Assembly (NCBI GenBank): GCA_046597055.1
Contig: JBKJLC010000270.1
Span: 1 to 19,332 of the forward strand
Length of the DNA: 19,332 nt
From: Kofleriaceae bacterium
GTDB lineage: Bacteria; Myxococcota_A; Polyangia; Haliangiales; Haliangiaceae
Direction of reading: 5' to 3'
Positions 9,184 to 17,244 of this stretch are shown piece after piece. The notes under the pieces are model-generated. The model had not been told where the DNA came from. It made no database searches and saw only the letters and a list, made by a program, of their open reading frames with translations. Each line of letters opens with the position of its first letter. Within the stretch, counting starts at the first letter, position 1. A program made the position numbers and the translations under genes.

Positions 9184-11663
9184 GGCAATGCTCCGGGCGC
9201 GGCGGGCGCCGCCTGACCGGGCGCCGCGGGCGCCGCGGGATCTCCGGCCGGCGCCGGGGGCGCGGTCGGTGGCGGCGTGGTCGGGTTGGCCAGCTCGCGG
9301 GCCTCCTGGATGAGATCCGAGAACTCGTCTCGCAGCTGCTTCACCTCGCGCTGCTTGTCGAGGTTCAGTCGCTGCAGGTCGTCGTCGGACTCCTCCTTCT
9401 GCGACCAGTTGACGTCGACCACGCCGACGTCGGACCGGACCATCACCTCGTAGAACTTGGCCTTCACGTCGCGGAACGCCGCGCCGAGCACGGTGCCACC
9501 CAGCTCGCGCGACTCGGCCTCGTACAGCAGGAACTCGCGGCGGTAGGCGGCGAGCTCGGCCTTCTCGTGGGTGACGCTCGCGCGGACCTCGCTGAGCGCC
9601 TCCTCCACGATCTCGTCGATCGTCGTGTTGACGCCGTCGAGCTGACCGAGCACGACGTCGCTGCGACGGATCAGGCCCCCGATCCGGCCGGCGCGGGTCG
9701 GATCGCCGCGCCCGGCGGCCGAGGCCATCGCCACGTGCTCGGCGGCCAGCGCCGCGCGCAGCTCGCCGCGCAGCTGCTTGGCCATCGTGGTGACCTCGTC
9801 ACCGCTGCCGGCGGCGTCGCGGCCGAGGATGATCTCGCGCCGGATGCTCTCGAGCTCGACGTGCATCGCGTCGACGTCGAGGTTGAGCTCGGTGATCACC
9901 TTCACCGACTCGAGGCGCTGGGTCTCCCAGACCTGCTTCTGGGCCGGGTCGTTGGGCGCCGCCGAGTCCTTGAGAAACTTGTCGATCGCGACCACGGTCG
10001 CCTGGGTGCTGTCGATCGCGACCTGGAGCTCGGACGCCGCCCGCTCGAGCTCGTCGAACTCGCCGCGGGCCAGCTCCACGCGCTTGCCGTAGGCCACGCC
10101 GGCGTCGGGCAGCTCGGCCAGCCGCTTGGCGAGCGCCTTGCGGGTCTGGGTGGTCTGCTCCATCTGGGCCATCTGCGCACCCGAGCTGGACTTCGCCGCC
10201 AGCGTGCGCTCCTCGTCGGCGAGCTGCACGCGCATCGCCAGCAGATTCTCGAAGATCTCGGTCGAGCGGTTGCGCTTGGTCGCCAGGCTCGGGAAGACGT
10301 TGACCCGGTTGGGCGCGGCCAGCGCCGCATCGAGGCGCAGGATGGTCTGCTCGGCCTCGCCGATCTCGTTGTTGATCGAGCCGAGGTCGGTCTCGATCGT
10401 CACCACCCGGCCAACGTCGGGCTCGTCGCGAATCCAGGCCGCCGCGATCTCGGGCATCGTCGAGGTGGTCTGGAAGGTCGCCGACGACCGACCGGTGATC
10501 TGGGCGAGGAACACCTGCGGGTCGTTGTTAGCGACGATGATCTTGGTGAGCTCGTCATGCGGCGGCGCGTAGGTCGCGTGGGTCGCGGTGAAGATGTCGT
10601 TGGCCTTGCGGTACTCCTCGGGCCCGTTCTCGGCCCCGGTCTGGATGCCGTTGACGATCTTCTCGTGGATGGCCTGGGCCTTGCGCACGCGCAGGTTGCC
10701 CTCGAGGATGCGCACGGTGGGCAGCTTCTGCGAGGTCGGGTCGGCCAGGGCGAGCAGCTCGAGCGCGCGCAGCGCCTTGTCGAACTGCTTGGCCTTCACG
10801 TAGACCCAGGCAACCTCGTACAGCGCGTCGGGGAACAGGTCACTCTTGCGGTCGAGCAGCAGGTAGCTGTCGATCGCCTTGGTCGGCTGGTCGCGCTCGT
10901 AATAGAGGCGCCCGAGCGCGAGCTGCGACAGCTCCTGGATCCGCTTCTCGTCCGTGGTCTTGGCCTCGCGCTTGAGCAGGCTGTCGAACGCCTGGGTCGC
11001 CTTGCCCAGGTCCTTCTTCGCGATGTGCGCGCTGCCGATGTAGAACGTCGACTGGAAGCCGTACTCCGACGCCTGCGGCACCTGCTCGAACCACCCGAGC
11101 GCCTCGTCGAACTGGCCCTGGCTGAAGGCGTACTTGCCGCGCACGTACGGGACCGACGGCTGCCGCTTGTCGGCGGGCACCGCGTCGAGGTCGGCGAGCC
11201 ACTGGGTGACCCCCTCGTCCTCGCCGATCAGCAGCGAGAGCTCGATCAGCCGCTCGAGCGACTGCTGGTAGTACTTGCTGGCGCGGCCGACCTCCTGGAC
11301 CAGCTGCGCGAAGAACGTGCGCGAGGCGACCCGGTCGCCCTTCTGGAACAGCGACTCGCCCAGGTAGTAGAGGGCGGTGTCGTAGTCGCGCCCGCGCGGC
11401 ACCTGCGCGACGTAGTCGTAGAGGAGGAGCGCGGCGCCGTCGTAGTTGCCGATGCCGAACGAGACCTGGGCATCGATCAGCCGGCGCGCCATCGTGTCGG
11501 CGCGCTTGGGCTGGCTGGTCGGCTTCTTGACGCCCGACCCGAGCTCCTTGGCCTCGGCCTCGAACGACACCAGCTTCTTCGAGGTGTCGTCGAGCGAGTC
11601 CGCGCGCGCTGGCCCGGCCGCCGCGGCGAGCGCCGCGGCGAGGCAGACGCCTCCGAGCTTCAT
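9180..11663 (-). CDS. GltC/NfsC-like exported TPR protein with a long coiled-coil C-terminal half (827 aa)
   Basis: Signal peptide ending ARA-D. TPRs (ALYYLGESLFQKG, LALGRLYYE, DALYEVAWVY) are followed by heptad-rich helices. It occupies the gltC position. The TPR call is firm, the GltC orthology less so. Confidence 0.75.
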   Translation of the reverse strand: MKLGGVCLAAALAAAAGPARADSLDDTSKKLVSFEAEAKELGSGVKKPTSQPKRADTMARRLIDAQVSFGIGNYDGAALLLYDYVAQVPRGRDYDTALYYLGESLFQKGDRVASRTFFAQLVQEVGRASKYYQQSLERLIELSLLIGEDEGVTQWLADLDAVPADKRQPSVPYVRGKYAFSQGQFDEALGWFEQVPQASEYGFQSTFYIGSAHIAKKDLGKATQAFDSLLKREAKTTDEKRIQELSQLALGRLYYERDQPTKAIDSYLLLDRKSDLFPDALYEVAWVYVKAKQFDKALRALELLALADPTSQKLPTVRILEGNLRVRKAQAIHEKIVNGIQTGAENGPEEYRKANDIFTATHATYAPPHDELTKIIVANNDPQVFLAQITGRSSATFQTTSTMPEIAAAWIRDEPDVGRVVTIETDLGSINNEIGEAEQTILRLDAALAAPNRVNVFPSLATKRNRSTEIFENLLAMRVQLADEERTLAAKSSSGAQMAQMEQTTQTRKALAKRLAELPDAGVAYGKRVELARGEFDELERAASELQVAIDSTQATVVAIDKFLKDSAAPNDPAQKQVWETQRLESVKVITELNLDVDAMHVELESIRREIILGRDAAGSGDEVTTMAKQLRGELRAALAAEHVAMASAAGRGDPTRAGRIGGLIRRSDVVLGQLDGVNTTIDEIVEEALSEVRASVTHEKAELAAYRREFLLYEAESRELGGTVLGAAFRDVKAKFYEVMVRSDVGVVDVNWSQKEESDDDLQRLNLDKQREVKQLRDEFSDLIQEARELANPTTPPPTAPPAPAGDPAAPAAPGQAAPAAPGALP

Positions 11664-11664
11664 G

Positions 11665-12537
11665 TCACTGCTTCTCCCCGGTACCGGCGGTCACCTTGAA
11701 GTCGATCGCGGGACGCTTGTCGAGCGGCGTGGTGGCGCCACCCTTCTCGAAGCCGACCGCCTCGATGCGGGTCGCCTTGCCCTCGGCCGCCGTGAAGGTG
11801 TGGCTCGAGCGGACGGTGAACGTGTACTTGGTGAGGTACTTGAAGACGCCGTAGCCGTGGCCGCGGTAGAGCGCGAGCACGCTGAGCGTGTGGCTGCCCG
11901 GCGAGATCGGGCCGGTCAACACGTCGAACGACTTGGTCCGGTACAGGGTCGCGTTGCCGTCGTCGGAGCGCGCGAAGATCTGGGTGCCGTCGAGCGCGTA
12001 GACCAGGCGGGTCAGGCGGAACGAGGTGCCCATCTTGTTGAGGTGGACCAGGGTCGCCTGGGCGCCGACGCCGCCGCCGAGCACGGCCTCCTTGAGCTGG
12101 GTCGTGCGCGCCTTGGCGCGCCACGCGCGCTCCTTGAGCGCCTGCACGCGCTGCTCGAGCCGGCGCAGGCGCAGGTTGACCGGCATCGACTCGGGATCGA
12201 CCGTCGACGGATCGACGCCGGCCGCGACGTCATCGGGCGGTGGGGTCCCGGTCGGGGCACCGCCCGGGGCAGGCGTCGCGGGTGCGCCCGCGGCCGGCGT
12301 GGTCGCCGGCGCTGGCGTCGGCGTCGTCGGGGTGGCCGCCGGCTTCGGCGCTGGCGTCGGCGTCGTCGGGGTGGTCGCCGGTTTCGGCGCTGGCGCCGGC
12401 GTCGTCGGGGTGGCCGTCGGCTTGGGAGCGGGCGTGGGTGAGGTCGGCTGCGCCGCGACCGAGGTCGCGATGGCAACGACCATCAAGGAGAGAACAGCGC
12501 GAAGGGCGCCGCGACGCATGGTGGAGGGTGTGCGCAT
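11665..12537 (-). CDS. Uncharacterised exported protein: Pro/Thr-rich linker, coiled coil and beta-rich domain (290 aa); first gene of the Glt-like operon
   Basis: GGGAG RBS upstream of the ATG at 12537. Signal peptide ending VAA-Q, coiled coil LRRLEQRVQALKERAWRAKAR, and alternating beta-strand patterns at the C-terminus. Its stop is 1 nt before the next ATG. Confidence 0.85.
   Translation of the reverse strand: MRTPSTMRRGALRAVLSLMVVAIATSVAAQPTSPTPAPKPTATPTTPAPAPKPATTPTTPTPAPKPAATPTTPTPAPATTPAAGAPATPAPGGAPTGTPPPDDVAAGVDPSTVDPESMPVNLRLRRLEQRVQALKERAWRAKARTTQLKEAVLGGGVGAQATLVHLNKMGTSFRLTRLVYALDGTQIFARSDDGNATLYRTKSFDVLTGPISPGSHTLSVLALYRGHGYGVFKYLTKYTFTVRSSHTFTAAEGKATRIEAVGFEKGGATTPLDKRPAIDFKVTAGTGEKQ
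12307..12423. repeat. Three imperfect in-frame 39-bp tandem repeats encoding KPxxTPTTPxPAP
   Basis: Units at 12307-12345, 12346-12384 and 12385-12423, consensus cggcgctggcgtcggcgtcgtcggggtggccgccggctt. Confidence 0.9.
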
Positions 12538-12696
12538 TCCGCTTGCTCCCGGCCGGTGCCGAAGTGAGGTCGACCGGGGTCCGGTCGCAGTAGCTCATCG
12601 ACGTATCACGCCCGACTATTAATCGAGTGGAATGGACGATTTGTAACACCGTCCGGGAGAGTGAGCAAACCGACGAGACGAGCGCGTTGGTCGAGA

Positions 12697-12715
12697 TGAC
12701 CCGGGTCACGTGACC
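12697..12715. promoter_or_regulatory. Two overlapping perfect 12-bp palindromes, a candidate transcription-factor site
   Basis: TGACCCGGGTCA (12697-12708) and GGTCACGTGACC (12704-12715), in the divergent intergenic region upstream of the Glt-like operon. Confidence 0.35.
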
Positions 12716-12865
12716 GGGAACGCACCCAGCGCTCGGTGTGTCAAAGGCGCGCGCTCCCGCGCGATGCTCGCGTCCATTGGCCGCCAGGGCCCGCCCGCGC
12801 GAACCGCGCGTGCAGAACCGACCTCATCGCAGGCTCGCCCGGCCGGCTGCGGCTAGGATCCCTGG

Positions 12866-13546
12866 ATGCGGCGCGCGCTCCTGATCACCCTGCTGGCGCC
12901 CGCTTTCGGGTGCGGGGCGCTCACCACCTCCACGCCGGCGGACGCGCTCCGCTGCGGGAGCGCCGAGACCACGCAGCGGGTCGAGTGTCCGTCACCGGCG
13001 GCGCTCGCCTCGCACCTCCGCGACCGCTGGGGCCTGGCCGCCGAGGCCGGCGTGACGACGACCTGCCTGCCGGGCAAGTTCCCGGAGCGCGCATGGCTGG
13101 TCCACGCCGTCACCGACGGCGGCCCCCCGGTGCGGTCGGCGACCTTTCTCTTGCAGTCGAGCTGTGCCGCGCTCACCGACCCGGACCCCGGCCCGGTGGG
13201 CGATGGCGACCGCGAGGTGGAACTCGAGCTCCACGACCTCGATGGCGATGCGATCGACGAGGTGATCGTCCGGCGGCACCAGGCCGAAGGCCGCACCCGG
13301 ACCACGACCCTCGAGGTCTTCCGGCTGGCGGCGGCCCGGCTGCTTCCGGCCGGCAAGGTCCGCCTCGCGCACGACGACGGCGTCACTTACTGCACCAGCG
13401 CGGTCAACTTCCGGCCCCACCCCGACGGCGGCTTGCTCATCGAGATCGAGACCGCCGGCACCGCCGCGGCCGGCGCCTGCCTCGAGCCCGGCATCCACGC
13501 GCTCGAGCTGCGCCTCCAGGGCCTCCAGCGCCGGCGCGGCGGCTAG
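12866..13546 (+). CDS. Putative lipoprotein of unknown function (226 aa)
   Basis: MRRALLITLLAPAFG-C lipobox-like signal, an FG-GAP/VCBS-like motif LHDLDGDAIDEVIV and several Cys. Converges on obgE with a 19-nt gap. Confidence 0.72.
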   Translation: MRRALLITLLAPAFGCGALTTSTPADALRCGSAETTQRVECPSPAALASHLRDRWGLAAEAGVTTTCLPGKFPERAWLVHAVTDGGPPVRSATFLLQSSCAALTDPDPGPVGDGDREVELELHDLDGDAIDEVIVRRHQAEGRTRTTTLEVFRLAAARLLPAGKVRLAHDDGVTYCTSAVNFRPHPDGGLLIEIETAGTAAAGACLEPGIHALELRLQGLQRRRGG

Positions 13547-13565
13547 GTACGGCCCGGCGCGCCGA

Positions 13566-14579
13566 TCAGCGGGGCGTGGCCGCGAGCAGGCGCCACAGCG
13601 CCTCGAGCACGGCGGTGACGCCGTCGCCGGTCGCGGCCGACATCGCGTGGAGCTCGATGCCGCGGGCGGCGAACTGCGCCCGGAGCTCCTCGATCGAGCC
13701 GTGGGTGGTGCCGGCGTCGGTCTTGTTGAGCGCGACCACCTGCGGCGTCGCGGCCAGCCCGGGCGCGTAGCGGGCCAGCTCGGCGTTGATCACGTCGAAG
13801 TCGGCCAGCGGCGAGCGGTCGGGGCCGGTCGTGAAGGTGTCGTCGATGATGTGGAGGAGGGCGCGGCAGCGCTCGACGTGGCGGAGGAACTGGTGACCGA
13901 GCCCCGCGCCCTCGGCGGCGCCCTCGATCAGCCCGGGGATGTCGGCGATCACGAACGATCGCTCGTCCGAGATCCGGACAACCCCCAGGTTGGGCACCAG
14001 GGTGGTGAACGGGTAGTCGGCGATCTTGGGCTTGGCCCGCGAGACGCTGGCGATGAACGTCGACTTGCCGACGTTGGGATACCCGAGCAGGCCGACGTCA
14101 GCGAGGAGCTTCAGCTCGAGGCGCAGCGTGCGCTCGACGCCCGGGGTGCCGTCCTCGACCGTGCGCGGCGCCTGGTTCCACGGCGTCTTGAAGTGGATGT
14201 TGCCGCGGCCACCCTTGCCGCCCTGGGCGATGATCATGCGGGTGTTGGCGACCGAGAGGTCGGCGATCTGCTCGCCGGTGCCCTGGTCGTAGACCACGGT
14301 GCCGACCGGCACCCGCAGCTCCATGTCGGCGCCGGCGGCGCCGTACTGGTCCTTGGCGCGGCCGTCCTCGCCGCGCGGCGCCTTGTAGTGGCGCTGGTAG
14401 CGGAAGTCGAGCAGCGTGTTCAGCTGCAGGTCGGCGATGAAGACGACCGAGCCGCCGTCGCCGCCGTCGCCGCCCGACGGGCCCCCGCGCGGCACGTTGT
14501 CCTCGCGGCGCATCGCGTTCGAGCCGTTGCCGCCATCGCCGGCCTTCACGTATATGGTGGCCTCGTCGATGAAGTGCAT
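13566..14579 (-). CDS. obgE: GTPase ObgE/CgtA (337 aa, no long C-terminal domain)
   Basis: Obg N-terminus [17 protein letters not shown]...[13 protein letters not shown] motifs [22 protein letters not shown] and MSA. Also [11 protein letters not shown]. Confidence 0.98.
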   Translation of the reverse strand: MHFIDEATIYVKAGDGGNGSNAMRREDNVPRGGPSGGDGGDGGSVVFIADLQLNTLLDFRYQRHYKAPRGEDGRAKDQYGAAGADMELRVPVGTVVYDQGTGEQIADLSVANTRMIIAQGGKGGRGNIHFKTPWNQAPRTVEDGTPGVERTLRLELKLLADVGLLGYPNVGKSTFIASVSRAKPKIADYPFTTLVPNLGVVRISDERSFVIADIPGLIEGAAEGAGLGHQFLRHVERCRALLHIIDDTFTTGPDRSPLADFDVINAELARYAPGLAATPQVVALNKTDAGTTHGSIEELRAQFAARGIELHAMSAATGDGVTAVLEALWRLLAATPR

Positions 14580-14596
14580 GACCGTCGCCGAGACAT

Positions 14597-15700
14597 ATGG
14601 CTAGCCTTGCCGCGGGGTCAAGGGCAGGGAGGGCCTGGCTGGGCACGATCGGCCGGCCGGTCGCCGCCCGGGCACTCCCGACCTGGGTCGGCGTGGCCAT
14701 CGTCGCCTCGGTCGTGATGGGCGGCAACGGGCTGATGCCGCGGGACCTGACCGCGCTCGCCGCCGCCTCGCCGCGGGCGGCCGGGGTGCTCGCGGGCGCC
14801 TGGCTCCTGCTCACGGCCGCGGCGGTCCGCGCCGCGCTCGGCGCACCCGGGGCCGCCTATCTGCGCGCACTTCCGGGCGGCCGGTCCGCCGAAGCCGCCG
14901 CGGTGGTCGCCGCGGCCGGGTTCGTCCACGCGCCCTGGGCCGCCCTGTGGTTGGCCGGCGCAGGCCTGGCCCCTGCCATGGTGGCCTGGGTCGGGATGAC
15001 CGCCGCCAGCGTCGGACTCGGGCTCGGGCTGGCGCGCGGGCACGGCGCGCCGCGCGCACCGTGCTGGGCGGGACCGGTGCGGGCGCTCGCCGGGGTCCAT
15101 GCCCGGAGCCTGGTGCGCCGGCGCGGCTCGGCCCTGGTGGCCGGCGCCGGCATGGCGATGCTGGGCGGCGCGCTCGCCGGCCTGATGGTCGGTCACGAGG
15201 CGCGCACGCTGGCCGACGCGGCGGTGCTCGCCGGCGCCGTGGCCACCGTCGCGCTCGCGGTGGCGCTCACGGCGGCGACCGCATGCGTCGCCGACAGCGA
15301 CCGCGGGCTCGACTGGCTGGCGGCGGCGGCCGGCACCGCGGCCCCGGTGCGCCGCACGGCCGTGGCGCTGGTCCTCGGCGGACTCGGGCTGGCGGTTGCG
15401 ACGGTCGCGACCGCCGCGGCGGTGATGGCTGGCAGCGCCCGGCTGGTCGGCGCGGTCGCCGGCGCGCACGCGGTGGTCGGGCTCGGGCTCGGGCTGGGCG
15501 CGGTCGGCGTCGCCGGCTGGGCCCGGCGCGGTGATCCGGCCCGCATCGACGGGGTCCGGGTGGCGGTCGGGATGGTCCTCCTCGGAGCGGTCGACCTCGC
15601 CGCCTGCGGACTGTTCGGGCTGGCCGGGCTCGGCGCGGTGGTCGCGCTCGGCGCCGGTGTCGCCGCCGGCAGCGGTGGCCCCCAGGGGAGCCGCCGGTGA
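14597..15700 (+). CDS. Polytopic membrane protein, probable ABC transporter permease (start uncertain)
   Basis: Many hydrophobic Ala/Gly/Leu/Val segments. The stop overlaps the GTG of the ATPase (GTGA, 15697-15700). Confidence 0.72.
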   Translation: MASLAAGSRAGRAWLGTIGRPVAARALPTWVGVAIVASVVMGGNGLMPRDLTALAAASPRAAGVLAGAWLLLTAAAVRAALGAPGAAYLRALPGGRSAEAAAVVAAAGFVHAPWAALWLAGAGLAPAMVAWVGMTAASVGLGLGLARGHGAPRAPCWAGPVRALAGVHARSLVRRRGSALVAGAGMAMLGGALAGLMVGHEARTLADAAVLAGAVATVALAVALTAATACVADSDRGLDWLAAAAGTAAPVRRTAVALVLGGLGLAVATVATAAAVMAGSARLVGAVAGAHAVVGLGLGLGAVGVAGWARRGDPARIDGVRVAVGMVLLGAVDLAACGLFGLAGLGAVVALGAGVAAGSGGPQGSRR

Positions 15701-16329
15701 GCGCGCCGCCGGGCCCGGGCGGGATCGAGGTGCGCGGCCTCGGCAAGCGCCGCGGCGGTCGCTGGGTCGTCGACGAGGTCGGCTTCACCGTCGCGGCGGG
15801 CGAGGTCGTGGCCCTCACCGGCGGCAATGGCGCCGGCAAGACCACCGTGCTGGCGATGATCGCCGGATCGCTCGAGCCCGACCGCGGCTGGGTCGCGATC
15901 GCCGGCGAGACCTCGCATCGTCGCCGGCGGCTCGGCTACGTCCCCGAGGCTGCCGATCCACCCGGCCACCTGACCGGCGCCGAGCTGCTCGCCTTGTGCA
16001 CGGCCCTGCGCGGCGGGTCCGGGCTCGACGCCGACACCGCGCGGTTGCTCGAGGTCGAGCAGCTCGCCGGCCGGCGCATCGACCGCATGTCCCTCGGCCA
16101 GCGCCGGCGTGCCTGCCTGGCCGCCGCGCTGATCGGCGCGCCGATGGGGCTCGTCCTCGACGAGCCCGACAACGGCCTCGACGCCGCCGGGCTCGATGCC
16201 CTGGTCGCGCTGGTCACCGGCGCGCGGGCCCGGGGCGCGGCCGTGCTGGTCGCCACCCACGATCCCGCGGTGCAGGAGCGACTCGCCAGCCGCGCCATCG
16301 TCCTCGCCGGCGGCCGGCTAGTTCCCTGA
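15697..16329 (+). CDS. ABC transporter ATP-binding protein (210 aa)
   Basis: Walker A GGNGAGKT, signature MSLGQ, Walker B LVLDEP, D-loop NGLD and H-loop ATHD. Confidence 0.93.
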   Translation: MSAPPGPGGIEVRGLGKRRGGRWVVDEVGFTVAAGEVVALTGGNGAGKTTVLAMIAGSLEPDRGWVAIAGETSHRRRRLGYVPEAADPPGHLTGAELLALCTALRGGSGLDADTARLLEVEQLAGRRIDRMSLGQRRRACLAAALIGAPMGLVLDEPDNGLDAAGLDALVALVTGARARGAAVLVATHDPAVQERLASRAIVLAGGRLVP

Positions 16330-17163
16330 CGGCTCCACGGTCACCGGCACCGCGCCGACCTCGAAGCCGATCGACCGGTGGCTGGCCCGACCCGCGCCGG
16401 TCAGGTCGACGTCGGCCGCGAGCAGGGCCCGCACCGCCGGCGACGCTTGCAGCTCGGCGACGGTCACCACCCGGTCGCGGTCGGCATCGATGCCGGCCGC
16501 GAACCGCGAGCCGGCGGTGAGCTCGTCGGTGAGGAACGCCGCGGCTGGCGCGAGCGCCTGGTCGGCCAGCTCGAGCCCGAGCCCGATCGTCGCGACCACG
16601 CCGGTGCTTCCCGTCCGCACCGCGACCGTCAGGCTCGGCGCCTCCTCCCACAGGTCGACCGCCGCGGTGCCCCCACCGTCGGTGACGTGCCCGACCGGCA
16701 CCAGCCCGACGCCGCCGCCAGCGGTGGCGCCCGGTCCCTCGGCGGGCACGCCGGGCGCATCCAGACGGAGCCGACCGTCGCCATCATTGTCGTTGCCACG
16801 CGCCAGCGCGACCCTCACCCCGGCGGCACCCACGCAGCGTTCGATTGCGAGGAGCCACAGCACGTCGCGCTGCGCCAGCCGCGCGGTCAGCGCGTCGGCC
16901 GGGCGCCAGTCGTCATAGATCACTGACAGCGCGGCGGAGAGCGCGCCGAGCTGGTTGTCGATCGCCGGATCTCCGCCCTGCGCACCGTCGAGGTCGAACC
17001 CCATGCGGCTCGCCTCGGCGGCGGTCCGCGGCAGCGTCACGCTCGTGATGCGATGGTGATCGGTCGTGCAACGCGCGCCCGGGTCGGGCAGCGCGCCAGG
17101 TGCATCGATGCAACCGAGAGCCAGCGCGATCGCCGGCGTGATCAGAAGAAGGCGTGCCCACAT
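16318..17163 (-). CDS. Putative lipoprotein of unknown function (281 aa)
   Basis: Start re-assigned to the ATG at 17163 (MWARLLLITPAIALALG-C), with AGGAG/AAGGTG upstream. Asp-rich motifs GFDLDG, DNDGDG and DADRDRVVTVAEL. 12-nt convergent overlap with the ATPase. Confidence 0.75.
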   Translation of the reverse strand: MWARLLLITPAIALALGCIDAPGALPDPGARCTTDHHRITSVTLPRTAAEASRMGFDLDGAQGGDPAIDNQLGALSAALSVIYDDWRPADALTARLAQRDVLWLLAIERCVGAAGVRVALARGNDNDGDGRLRLDAPGVPAEGPGATAGGGVGLVPVGHVTDGGGTAAVDLWEEAPSLTVAVRTGSTGVVATIGLGLELADQALAPAAAFLTDELTAGSRFAAGIDADRDRVVTVAELQASPAVRALLAADVDLTGAGRASHRSIGFEVGAVPVTVEPSGN

Positions 17164-17184
17164 GGGCTCACCTTTACTCCTGAT

Positions 17185-17220
17185 GGTCCGACCAGTCAAC
17201 TGGTGTTGGTCGGACCTTTT
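17185..17220 (+). terminator. Stem-loop downstream of rpmA with its T-tract on the plus strand
   Basis: GGTCCGACCA (17185-17194) and TGGTCGGACC (17207-17216) form a perfect 10-bp inverted repeat, followed by TTTT on + only. Confidence 0.5.
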
Positions 17221-17244
17221 GGTTGCGGCGTAGCCGCTGACTGA

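Noticed and set aside
5689..9216. 1175-aa plus-strand ORF antisense to the GltD-like gene, with the same length
   Set aside because: A shadow ORF caused by GC3-biased codons on the real strand. It has no recognisable motifs, and the equal length appears coincidental.
2764..11663. Assigning formal gltC-G or nfsC-G gene symbols, or calling this the gliding motor
   Set aside because: Homology is likely, but orthology cannot be resolved without a phylogeny. The partner genes of the gliding and Nfs systems are absent here.
9567..11699. 710-aa plus-strand ORF, and similar long overlapping ORFs (109-1602, 4736-5692, 6380-8485, 13647-14717, 18041-19078)
   Set aside because: Arg/Gly/Ala-rich antisense or off-frame shadows of well-supported genes in high-GC DNA.
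12739..12744. Perfect TTGACA on the minus strand as a sigma70 promoter
   Set aside because: There is no -10-like hexamer at 16-18 nt spacing (GTTCCC at 17).
17164..17199. ORF-track start at 17199 for the lipoprotein
   Set aside because: It is a TTG inside the hairpin. The ATG at 17163 gives a canonical lipoprotein signal with an upstream RBS.
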